A stretch of 45,253 nucleotides of DNA from assembly GCA_002269645.1 (NCBI GenBank), contig NIVC01000484.1:1-45253 (forward strand). The letters run 5' to 3'. The DNA is from Macrostomum lignano (taxonomy: Eukaryota). The notes under the pieces were generated by a model. The model was not told where the DNA came from. It did not search any database and saw nothing but the letters and a program-made list of their open reading frames with translations. The stretch's first letter is position 1, and every line of letters begins with the position of its first letter. Below are positions 34,491 through 45,253 of this stretch, one piece after another. The translations under genes and the position numbers were made by a program.

Positions 34491-36818
34491 TGTAGTGCGC
34501 TTGTGTGCTGAGAAAATCATGATCTCTTGGACCGTATATTTGAGCTACTATATAGTATCACTGCCGACGTGCGACTACAATGTTACGCAATAGTTGAGGG
34601 TCAAGTGGCAGTGCACGTTGGTCGAGAGGGCTATGGTTAGTCATCACAGAAGAGTAAAGGCATAGAGTGGGCGTACACTACATCTCTCCCCTAACCAAAA
34701 AAGTACAAAGTCTGTAATTCGATTAACGGAGATTAACGAAACGAGATTTCGGAACAGTTGTGTTAGTCAGCCGTTGAGTGAAATTTACGTTTGCATGTAC
34801 ATGTGATAATTAGTAGTCTGCAGTCTGCAGTTAGTAGGATGAGGCTCTGTTTTGCTGGCCTTGTGGTTTGCTGACGTGCTGGCGTGCGGCCAGTGGACCT
34901 CCCAAATGCCGTCGCACCCTTCGGTCACCTGGCGGAGCGCCGATCGAAATTAGCGGCGTGCGCCGTCTGGTCACCAGCTTCCAGCCGGGCTCGGACGGCT
35001 GCTGAACGTCTGCTGTGTCTGCCGGCCGCTGTTGGCCGGCTGAGAGCGTCTCGCTCGCGCCAACGCCTCCGATGTCCTGGCGCTGGCGTCTCCTTGACTC
35101 CCCCGCAGCTGGTCGATGGCCTTCCTCCTGCCGAATTGACCCTGGTGGGCCCAACTGATGGTCTGCTGCTGAAGCGCTGCGGGTACAACGATTCTGTTGC
35201 CCCTGAGCAGCACGCCATCACGCACCTGGAGCTCATCCTTGAGCGAGTGGAAGCTGCCGTCCTGGGCTGTAGCGCCGGAGCGCCAGTTGCCAGTTGCCAA
35301 CGCCTGCATGACGAAGGTCAGAGCCAGGTCCCCAGCTGTGGCATCGCGGACGCTCTTGATGTTCGGGCCTTCCGGTGCGGACTTGACGGAGTTGAGCTGC
35401 TGCAGCGGTACGTTGTCCTGGACTGGTTGCGCGTTTGGAGAATCGCTCAGACTTGTTGCCTCTCTGGCCGGTGCCCGGGCCTGCGTCCCCAGACTCAGCA
35501 GCTGCAGGGATGTCGAGGTTGCACGGCCGAGCACGCTGGTGCCGGTCCCTGGGACGATGATGAAGTCGGACCATTGAGCCAACCGAAACCTGCAGGCTGC
35601 AGGCTCCCACAGTGCGCAGAGGTTTAGCTGATCGAAATGATAAAATCTTCTTTGTCGTCGGCTGAAGGCCTGGGGGTCCCGGGAGCTCTCGCCAGGCTGC
35701 CTCAGTGAGAATGTTACAGTCGGCTCCGCTGTCCACCAGCACCTGCACTGGAGTCGCTTCTACCAGCACCGTGGCAAGAGCCGCTGTTGCGTTCGTGTCT
35801 GAGGCCATCACGGTCAGGCAGAATACGTCGTCCTCTTCGCCTGAACTGTCGCTGCCGAGCCGCAGAGCTCGCACGTCCTCCGGCCGGGACAGGCAGGCCT
35901 TGGCGAGGTGATTTGGCTTGCCGCATCGGTTGCAGGTCTTGCCTACCGCTGCGCTGCAGCTGCGGTGGCCGAAGTTGCCGCAGCGGATGCACTTTGGCTG
36001 CGTGCGATCGGCTGTCTGCGTGGCTGATCTCTGCGGCTGCCCTGGCGGGCTGAACTCGAGCTTCCGCAACCGATGCACGGTCGCTGCGCTGGTCTCCATG
36101 AGGCTGGCCTGCGACTCCGCTGCCTCCATGGCCCTGGCCACCCGGACCGCCTGCCCAGGTCCACGTTGTCCATGGCCAGCAGCTTCCTGCGGAGCTGCTC
36201 GGAGCTACAGCCGGCGATCAGCTGGTTGCGGATCAGCGAGTCCCGGAGGCCTTCGAATTTGCAGCAGTCCGCGGTGTTGTTGAGCCGCCGCAGCCAGTCG
36301 TCCAGGGACTCTCCGGTCTGCTGGGTGCACAGCCGGAACTGGTAGCGGGTGAAGGGCAGGTTGAGCTGGCTGGTGAAGTGCTCATTGAGAGCCTTGATGA
36401 GCTTGTCGACGTCATCACCGGTGTCGGCGAGTCCGGCTGCAATGGCCTGCAGGTCCTCGCCCGCTGTGTATAGGAGTTGGCGAAGTCGCTTCTTGTCAGA
36501 GATGTCAGCAGCCGCGGCGAACAGCTGGAAATGAGCCAGCCACTTGCTCCACTTCGTATGTGCCGCATGGGGCTCTTCGCGCAAGTTCAATGTGGGCGGT
36601 GTGGGTAGGCTTGCTCGCGACGCCATTGTAGTGCGCTTGTGTGCTGAGAAAATCATGGTCTCTTGGACCGTATATTTGAGCTACTATATAGTATCACCGC
36701 CGACGTGCGGCTACAATGTTACGCAATAGTTGAGGGACAAGTGGCAGTGCACGTTGGTCGAGAGGGCTATGGTTAGTCATCACAGAAGAGTAAAGGCATA
36801 GAGTGGGCGTACACTACA
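34491..36818 (-). mobile_element. Ty3/Gypsy LTR retrotransposon, internally deleted (non-autonomous), 2328 bp
   Basis: 192-bp TG...CA LTRs at 34491-34682 and 36627-36818 with 4 differences; TSD TTATC on both sides; PBS-like TGGCGTCGCGAGC after the 5' LTR; PPT AGGGGAGAGA before the 3' LTR. Confidence 0.95.
35030..36626 (-). pseudogene. gag-protease plus integrase N-terminal remnant of the Gypsy element (frameshifted; RT, RNase H and integrase core absent)
   Basis: Gag starts MASRASLPTPP and contains RYQFRLCTQQTGESLDDW...LIRNQLIAGCSSEQLRRKLL; two Zn knuckles (CIRCGNFGHRSC; CNRCGKPNHLAKAC); protease VLVDSGADCNIL; then DGVLLRGNRIVVPAALQQQTISWAHQGQFG. No YxDD motif seen. Frame breaks near 36150 and 35575. 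Confidence 0.88.
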
Positions 36819-38499
36819 TTATCTTAAAACTGAAACTCGTAATTCCAAAAACAATACAGCGTTTAGCGTTGTTAGCAGTTCAGTGTTATGATATTTCAGG
36901 TTTGTGATTATTTCGATTTCATGATAGGCGTTGCCAGCATTTTCGGAGCTTGATCGCTTTAAAGTTTTTGTTATGATTGGAAGTAAGAAAGTACAGTTAG
37001 ATAGAAAAGCATCACGAGTCACGACAAGACCCCAACGGGGAGCATGAGAATTGCCCGCCGAGATTTGCTCGCGAGTGAATTGCAATTCGTCAGCGGGCAA
37101 TTCTCATGGACCCACCAACCCAAATGAGAACCCAAGCGAAGTGCAAGACCTAGATAGTTAATTTAGTTTTTTAAAGGAAGGGGTGGTTGATCAATACAAG
37201 GGCAATAAAATAATTAAAGTGACAAGAGGCCAACACAGAGGGAGGGGGAGGCAAGAAAAGAAAGATAAGGGGGTTGAAAACGGATCGATAATTTCAATAC
37301 CCCCTAGGCCTACAAGAACATCAGTTGTTCACTGATTATGTAGGACGAAGGGACAGAACGAGAGGGAAAGGGTGCAGGCACGATTTTCGCGACCATATAC
37401 TCATAAAAAGCGACGCGTCAATCCAAAGTCCAAACGAAAGGACGTGCAAAACTTTTTTCAGAGCGCGTAAAGCTGGCAGAAAGTAATTTGCGAGTTTTTG
37501 TGAAAGAGAGAACCCTCAAGGGAGACTTATCACAAAGACTGGGTGAATTTTTGTAGGCCCAATCTTTGGCTTAGAAATCACTGCTATATACTGCTAGCCA
37601 AGCACCTGTTACTGCTTTCTCACTTCTCAGTACTTTTTTTGTTTTTTTATTGCCCGTACCGTAGCCCGGTAGCTAGTTGTTTTTGTTTTAATATATACCT
37701 GAATCCCTAGACCGATTCACGTGATTTTCCGCCCTTAAATTTGAACTGCTTACCTAATCAGGCAGAGTGAGAGAAGGGAGGAAAACACTCTGTGTACTTT
37801 TAGTGTTTCACTAAAACCTAGCTTTACGCATTACACATTTTGCTAAAATCCTGTGCTCAAGCTCATTGTGTGTGTGGTGTGCCCACAGTAAATCCGTGCG
37901 AGTCCAGCACACTGTTTACTCTTATTTTCTCTCTTACCCCCTTATATCTCTCCTATACTCATGTTCTGCTAGCACTGAGCTAACATTGTCTGCCTGTTAG
38001 ACTTTATTCATGCCGTTGCTAGGGCGTTGTCAGGTGGGGGGGGAGAGGGCTTTTTTGATAGGCTTAGTTCCGGCTGTGGAAGCACTGCACTAGAGCTTTT
38101 ACTGCAGTCTGTATATTCCATACAATTAAATATGCAGTTTTATTTAGTTTATCTTCGATTATGCTCGCAATTTTAATTTTTCTCAAGACTTTTACCAATA
38201 CTCATAAATAAGGTTGCCTTATTTATCTTTATAAGCCTGTTTTCTTGGTCTAATTATATTATATATAAAATATTATATTATACACTCACCATACGCAATA
38301 GATAGTGACAGTCTGAGGTTACCTAATCGTTTTGCGCTTCAAAACATAATAGTTATATTTATCGCTAAAACATAAGAAAAGTATGTGCTCTCGTATCTTG
38401 AAATATTTTGAAAACACTTCTCAGATGTATCGTAGACAGATATGATATGTACGAGTATGTAGCATGTTACTGTCATGTAAAGTTCTAAAAGGCCGATTG

Positions 38500-39290
38500 A
38501 AAAGCAGACAAACGGACACAAAGACAGACAGACAGAAACACCACGAAACTAAAACAGACAGACAGACCACCAGGACACTAAGACAGACAGAAGCGCTAGA
38601 CACGAATACGCACAGAAGCGCTAAGACACGAAGACAGACAGAAGCACTAAAACACGAAGACAGACAGAAGCGCTAAGACACGAAGACAGACAGAAGCACT
38701 AAACCACGAAGACAGACAGAAGCGCTAAACACGAAGACAGACAGAAGCGCTAAGACACGAAGACAGACAGAAGCACTAAACCACGAAGACAGACAGAAGC
38801 GCTAAGACACGAAGACAGACAGAAGCACTAAACCACGAAGACAGACAGAAGCACTAAACCACGAAGACAGACAGAAGCACTAAACACGAAGACAGACAGA
38901 AGCACTAAGACACGAAGACAGACAGAAGCACTAAACCACGAAGACAGACAGAAGCGCTAAGACACGAAGACAGACAGAAGCACTAAGACACGAAGACAGA
39001 CAGAAGCACTAAACCACGAAGACAGACAGAAGCACTAAGACACGAAGACAGACAGAAGCGCTAAGACACGAAGACAGACAGAAGCGCTAAGACACGAAGA
39101 CAGACAGAAGCGCTAAGACACGAAGACAGACAGAAGCGCTAAGACACGAAGACAGACAGAAGCGCTAAGACACGAAGACAGACAGAAGCACTAAACCACG
39201 AAGACAGACAGAAGCACTAAGACACGAAGACAGACAGAAGCGCTAAGACACGAAGACAGACAGAAGCACTAAGACACGAAGATGGACGGA
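38500..39290. repeat. 26-bp minisatellite just upstream of the OATP acceptor
   Basis: GAAGACAGACAGAAGC(G/A)CTAAGACAC, about 28 copies. Confidence 0.95.
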
Positions 39291-39422
39291 CAAGCAAACA
39301 CTAAGACTCGAAGAGAGACAGACAAACAGATTTGTGTTCTATCTGTAGTGTTTCTGAATCTTTAATAATCATATAATAAAAGTATCTATAAAAAAACTAA
39401 TTTTACTGCGCAATATTAGCAG

Positions 39423-42225
39423 TTGTGGCGTCCAATTCAGCATCCTTGACACCCAGCGGCAACATGCCGCCGGGTCAAAACGGCGGCCATGAGCACAGCA
39501 CCGCCGCCCCTAACGGCGGCCATGAGCACAGCACCGCCGCCCCTAACGGCGGCCATGAGCACAGCACCGCCGCCCCTAACGGCGGCCATGAGCACAGCAC
39601 CGCCGCCCCCAACGGTCATCGCCGACTAAAAAGCGACGCCGGGCCGCTCAATAATCGTCATCACAACCACGCATCGTCTACTGATAAGTCAGCCGCGGTG
39701 GCTCGAGCGCATTCGTTTGCGCCTGGACCTCGCGTCGTGCCTCGTCATCATCAGCACCATCAGCAGCAGAACCAACACGGAGCAGCTCTGGGCCATCGGC
39801 GAATGCACAGCTGCCCGCCGACTCCGCACCAGCTGTTTCTTCCAGGCCTGGCCATCCTGCCTGGAGGCTTCAACACCGAGTCAATCGTTGACAATCGACA
39901 GGATCAGCATCAGCATGGCAACAGTCGAGCTCGAGACTACGAGTTGGCAGTCGGCGCCACCCAGCTAGAGACGCCAACAACTTCGGCTTCGGACGGAGAC
40001 GATGTCGGAATTGTCAACGATGCTTCGGAGGCTACGACAACGACGACATCGACGGAGCCAGAGCTGGACCCGAAGCTCACCCAATGCGGCCTGTTCTGCT
40101 ACCACCCTGCCTGTCTGCAGCCGCTCGCCCGCCCCCTGCCATTCCTTGTGTCCGTCATTGGCTTGTACTTTGTCCAAAGCTTCATAGTCAGCGGCTATAT
40201 TAATAGCATCAATACTACTATTGAGCTGAGATACGGACTAACAACTAAAGAGATTGGCTACATATACGCGTCGTATGAAGTGTTCTGCATTGTGGCTACA
40301 TTCTTCATATCGTATTTTGGTCACGGCGGCAACAGATCCCGTCTATTGGGCATTGGCTGCGCAATCATTGGTATTGGATATTTTTTCTTTGCTTTTCCTC
40401 ACTTCCTTGGCAGTGCCATTAGTAACACGGTGCCAGTGTCTGGTAATGCTTCCTCTTCTTCGACTGGCTCTTCTGCCTCCACGATTAGTAGCAGTGGAGT
40501 CAAGCTGTGCAGCGGGGGAGGCGGTGGCGGCACTTCAGATATGAACTGTCAAGTGCAGGACTCAGCCTTGCTGATCCTATGCCTGAGCTTTGGTCTCATT
40601 GGCCTGGGCGCTAGCCCGTGTACATCCTCGCCCCAACCTACCTGTGGGACAATGTACCTCAGAAGAGCTATCCTCTGTACGCGGCTTCGTTGCACATCAC
40701 TAGCGCTCTTGGACCGGCTTGCGGCTTCCTAGGCGGCGCTGTGTTCCTGTCGTTGTACGTGAACTTTCCAAGCTCAGCGCCCGACGGTTTAACAACCAGC
40801 CATCCTCTATGGACGGGAGCCTGGTGGCTAGGATTCGTCATTTTCGCTGGTCTCGCTCTGCTGGTGGCTGTTCCTCTGCTGGCATTTCCAACTGTAATGC
40901 CGCACACTGCAGCGAAACGGTTGCAGAAGCAACAACAGCAGCAGCAGCAGCAGCAGCAGCAAAAAGCGCAACGTTCAACGTCCTCTCTAGACGCCGACGA
41001 GTTGACGCGAAATTCTTCAACAACAAATAGCGACGCAGCGATTGTGTCTTCAACAAATGATGACGATGAAGAGCCTAACTCGTCTCTGGATCAGTCGGCA
41101 GCTTCTTTAAGTCCGGCTGAGAAGCCGCACATTCGCGACATCCCAGCCGGTTTAAAGCGGCTGTTCAAAAACGCGTTATGGCTGTTTATCAGTCTGCTAA
41201 TTGTGGCCGAGCAGTCTGTAGTACAAGCCTTCGTTGCTTACGTCAACAAGTACATGCAAAAGTCTTTTAATATCCCAGTGACGCAATCCAGCATCATCAC
41301 AGGTTTGTGTCTTGATTTTTAAAATTCAATTCAGTGACTTCGTATATTTCGTTGACTAGCAGGTCCTTAAGTGTATATTTTGACAGATCCTTCAGTGTCC
41401 ATCATGACACATCCTTCAGTGTCCCATCATGACACATCCTTCAGTGTCCATCATGACACATCCTTCAGTGTCATCATGACACATCCTTCAGTGTCCCATC
41501 ATGACACATCCTTCAGTGTCCCATCATGACACATCCTTCAGTGTCCTCATGACACATCCTTCAGTGTCCATCATGACACATCCTTCAGTGTCCCATCATG
41601 ACACATCCTTCAGTGTCCCATCATGACACATCCTTCAGTGTCCATCTCAACACATCCTTCAGTGTCCATCCCGACAGATCCTCGGTTTAACTCCCATTCT
41701 GACACCACCAGCTTCGGTTTAACAAACTTGCTCCCCCAAAACTACTACCAGGCGCTCTCGTCATTCCTAGCGCCGTGATTGGCATCGGCGCCGGGGCTTT
41801 AATAATGCGCCGCTATAGGCCTAGCAACAAATCGGTGAGCCTACTCATGATGGGCCTGTGCGCCGCTACCACATTGCTCACTATTGGCCTGGCATTTTGC
41901 ACCTGTCCGAATGTCAGCATGGCGGGACTGAATGCTCAGTATGGCATCCCGGCTACTAGCGGTGCGGCAGCTTCATCATCAACAGCTGCTGCTCAGTTGC
42001 AGCTAAATGTGAGCTGCAATGCCGCCTGCCATTGCGGCAGTCTCAGCTACGATCCGGCTTGCGATGCTGTGAGTTTTTGTTCATTCTTCTGCTTTTGTGA
42101 CATACAAGCTATCTTCAGTTGCTTCTGGTTTCTTGTGGATCATTTCCACTTACTTTTCACTACTAGGTTTAATTTATGAGTGTAAGATGATCTTGAAAAC
42201 TGTGATTGGTCAGTTCGTCAGTTAA

Positions 42226-42282
<57 letters not shown>

Positions 42283-42283
42283 C

Positions 42284-42334
<51 letters not shown>

Positions 42335-42335
42335 C

Positions 42336-42366
<31 letters not shown>

Positions 42367-42379
42367 CAGTTAGTTAGTC

Positions 42380-42413
<34 letters not shown>

Positions 42414-42429
42414 CTAGTTAGTTAGTCAA

Positions 42430-42461
<32 letters not shown>

Positions 42462-43449
42462 AAGTTAGTCACTTAGTTAATTAGTCAGTTAAATAGTTAG
42501 TTAATTAGTCGGTTAGTCAGTTAGTTAGTTAGTTAGTTAATTATTCGGTTTGTTAGTCAGTCAGCCAGTTCGCAAGAGGTACTTCCACACTGTCACAAAT
42601 CAAGGCCACGGCCGACCCGCAACCAGGTTAATCTTATTATTTTTGTTATTATCGCTTACTGACAAGTAGTGATTGAAGAGTGTAAAGCGATTGATTGTAT
42701 GCTTATAGACCACAAATTTGACACGTTTTCGCAATGTAAAGTTCAACTCGCCCCACCCTACCCAGCTCACGGGAACAACCTACTTCACGCCGTGCCACGC
42801 CGGCTGTCAATCAAAGCAGTCCTCGACAGGGTCGAGCGATTCCTGGAATTACACCGACTGCTCATGCGTTCCCATAGCAACCAATGCCAGTCTGCCCGGT
42901 GGTTACGTCACTGGCGGTAAATGTACGGCTGCTTGCTACACGTTTGGCCCGTTCTGTGCACTGCTGTTCATCATTGTGCTGCTGACCGCCTGCGGCTACG
43001 AGCCCAGCCACATCCTCACTTTGTCCTGCGTCTCCGAGTCAGACAGCAGCTTTGCATTGGGCATTCAAAATATTCTGCAACGTTTATTAGCCTTCATACC
43101 GGCCCCGATCTACTTTGGCAGCCTGTTCGATTTCAACTGCCTGATGCGTTCGTCCGATTCGGCTTGCAGCAACGCCGACGCCTCGGCGTGCATGGAGTAC
43201 GACTTGACCAGACTGCCCTACATGTGGATTGGCGTCATTCTGGGATTGAAAGTTGTCGGCTTCCTGTTTGCCAGCGCGTGCTTTCTGGTTAGTCGGGCTA
43301 GCCGAGCTGTTGATCTGCTGGACGTTGCGGCCGATGCCACAGTTGCTAAGGAGAAGGATGGTGGCGCCATGTCGGCTTCGACAAAGACTGCAGTTCAAAT
43401 TGGTGCCTATAGTTCTAAGACTGATGTTGACGGAAATCACGTAGCCTGA
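39423..43449 (+). CDS. Organic anion transporting polypeptide (OATP/SLCO family), at least 3 exons, ~950 aa; apparent 1-nt frameshift at ~40618
   Basis: Exons 39423-41302 (TTAGCAG| ... ACAG|GTTTGT), 41752-42068 (|GTGAGT) and 42766-43449. Motifs CGLFCYHPACLQ, SGYINSINTTIELRYGL, SYFGHGGNRSRLLGIG, TYLWDNV, WTGAWWLGF, Kazal-like CNAACHCGSLSYDPACDALTGTTYFTPCHAGC, AFIPAPIYFGSLFDFNC. First ATG is at 39464; an upstream exon is possible. Confidence 0.92.
39479..39615 (+). repeat. In-frame 33-bp coding tandem repeat (NGGHEHSTAAP x4)
   Basis: AACGGCGGCCATGAGCACAGCACCGCCGCCCCT, four near-identical copies. Confidence 0.95.
41385..41685. repeat. 24-25-bp minisatellite in the first OATP intron shown
   Basis: CATGACACATCCTTCAGTGTC(C)CAT, about 11 copies. 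Each unit has an internal GACAC...GTGTC stem. Confidence 0.95.
42225..42560. repeat. (GTTA)n microsatellite in the second OATP intron shown
   Basis: Direct reading, with occasional GTCA interruptions. Confidence 0.97.
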
Positions 43450-43491
43450 GTGATTGAGCGGGTGAAGCTACCGATTCTGAAGGGAGATATA

Positions 43492-43722
43492 TACGGGGTG
43501 TCTCAATAAAATGTGACCACAGTTATTGTATACCAGGGACACTCCATCTTATCGGCTGCGTTCGAAACTCAACTAGAAGAGCTGACAATTGGAAATGGGT
43601 TTGCATTTTGACTGCCGCCTTGCATGTATTGCCTCAGACAACAATAGCCCTGCCATGGGGCTCCCATCTCATGGACGACAGCATCTAAATTGGGGTCCAT
43701 TGTTATTGAGATACCCGTTATA
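43492..43722. mobile_element. Tc1/mariner-like MITE directly after the OATP stop codon
   Basis: TATACGGGGTGTCTCAATAAAA vs reverse complement of right end TATAACGGGTATCTCAATAACA; TA-flanked. Confidence 0.5.
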
Positions 43723-43778
43723 TTGCCTTTTTTATCATGCTAAAAGTGATAAAATAACGAAAAGCCTATTGGATAAAG

Positions 43779-43924
43779 GTAGGTTTGGCCATAGACAGCA
43801 GACAGCAGCCATAGACATCCTCACCGGCTTTCGGCTCATTTCTAAGAAAAGCAGCACAGAATGTTCCGTGATAAAATAAAGTTTATCAGTCAGAAATTTG
43901 CATGTTGTCTATGGCCCAACCTAC
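43779..43924. mobile_element. Short MITE-like inverted repeat (146 bp)
   Basis: GTAGGTTTGGCCATAGACAGCA vs reverse complement GTAGGTTGGGCCATAGACAACA. No clear TSD. Confidence 0.55.
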
Positions 43925-45253
43925 TATTTTCATAGAGTTTTTTATGAAGCTCGACGATTTTAGCTGAAAACCTCTATTTAACTGTATCTCTTAGAGATTG
44001 AGAAATGGTTCTGTTTTGGTTTTTTGACACTATTTTAATCCTTAGATTAAGAGAGCTATTTTTACAAGTGTGATATGTCATCAGATGAGATTTTACCTAT
44101 GCAAAATTTTATGCGTGCCTTGTTTCAGTGAATTGACTCATTGATGCCATCCATTCATCCTTGCCATGACGCCTATCTGTCACATGTACTTTGCTAGATA
44201 GTGCAAGCTATACACATTCTTAAAAAATTTCATTTCGGATTTTTTTTAATTCCAAGACTTTTAGATACTTTTCTTACTCTGATAACAGTCCCCCCGTTTG
44301 ATATAACATGTACATTATGCCATGTAATCTGTACAGTATTTCCCTATCCAAGCACCGCTTTATCCAGGTAAAATTTTTGTGTGTTCTACTTCACTAGTTT
44401 TGAGTTGTTATTCGCTTTGTTTTTTTTAAAATGACTCTTATTGAAAACTGATGTTTTAATCCGAGCTTTATCTTAGTAAATTGCTTAGCACTAGTATGTG
44501 TTGCTGTGCGTTTCAAATGGTTAAATGGGTTATTGTATTTTTTCAGTGATACATTAACTACTTCATCAAAGATAATGCTCATTAGTAACTTATCAACTTA
44601 GGCATTTGTTTTTTTTGAGCAAAACTCCATGGCTATACAGACTTCAGTACTTATCAGATATTTATGAATTTCGTAGCTTAATGCGGTATTGTGAACCTTC
44701 TATCTATACGCCTGTTGTTCAGACCAAACCAACATTCCAAGATTTTACAGAATTCTTGTCTTATTTTCTTATGTCTGTCACGAACGAGTTTTTCCTTGCA
44801 CAACTCTGAACTGTTTTCAGAATTTGTTTTACAATCCAAGCTGACCTTTAATGATAGATTCTGTTAATCATTCAATATTTAAAACTCTTATTGGTTAACT
44901 TTTCTGACATATATAAGGATGTAGCAAGTACCTAAAGTTGCACGTGGTACTGCCATACTTTTTACACAATATTAAACTATTAAATATATTAATTTATGAC
45001 TCAGTGGCTTTGGATTTGTTTGTTTAAAAAGTTGTTTTTTGAAAAATCAATCATATGAGGATGGAATTTACAACGAACGAAACTTTATTTTTTCGATCAA
45101 TATGGCACGCTTGGGTAAAAGCTACATACTACTTCTATGTATTGTACTTACACAAAACAAGTTATATACACATAGCTCACTTAGCTAACTTTGTTCATCA
45201 GACTTGTCCTAAGTACTGCAAGTAACATGATTTCAATATTAATCAATAATATT

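Noticed and set aside
37300-38480. Possible OATP promoter or first exon (E-box CACGTG, GC-box CCGCCC near 37720)
   Set aside because: Short motifs are expected by chance and no convincing phase-1 donor exon could be assigned.
42225-42560. (TTAG)n as an interstitial telomere
   Set aside because: The unit is TTAG, not TTAGGG or TTAGG; it is an ordinary intronic tetranucleotide microsatellite.

Overview
Eukaryotic, intron-containing, very repeat-rich DNA. The style (GC-rich exons, introns filled with mini/microsatellites) resembles a free-living flatworm such as Macrostomum; that is inference only. Five spliced protein genes can be assembled by hand with GT-AG junctions in consistent phase: (+) a TPR protein with a hydrophobic C-terminus, (+) a bacterial-style agmatine/peptidyl-arginine deiminase (PF04371-like) with all catalytic motifs and two introns, (-) AP-3 beta adaptin (6 exons, ~1059 aa), (-) PA2G4/EBP1 (4 exons, 391 aa) and (+) an OATP/SLCO transporter. 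Also present: an internally deleted Ty3/Gypsy element with 192-bp LTRs and a 5-bp TSD, several MITEs (two with clean 8-bp TSDs), a tRNA-like SINE, Helitron-like 3' ends and about a dozen tandem arrays. Best leads: the intron-bearing deiminase (HGT candidate), two related elements carrying 80-bp CCAAT monomers that each sit sense-oriented upstream of a gene, a sharply local CpG-void domain around PA2G4 exon 1, and a 23-bp satellite apparently carried inside a Helitron-like element. Three genes and gag each show a single-base frameshift in a CC/GG context, most likely consensus errors.
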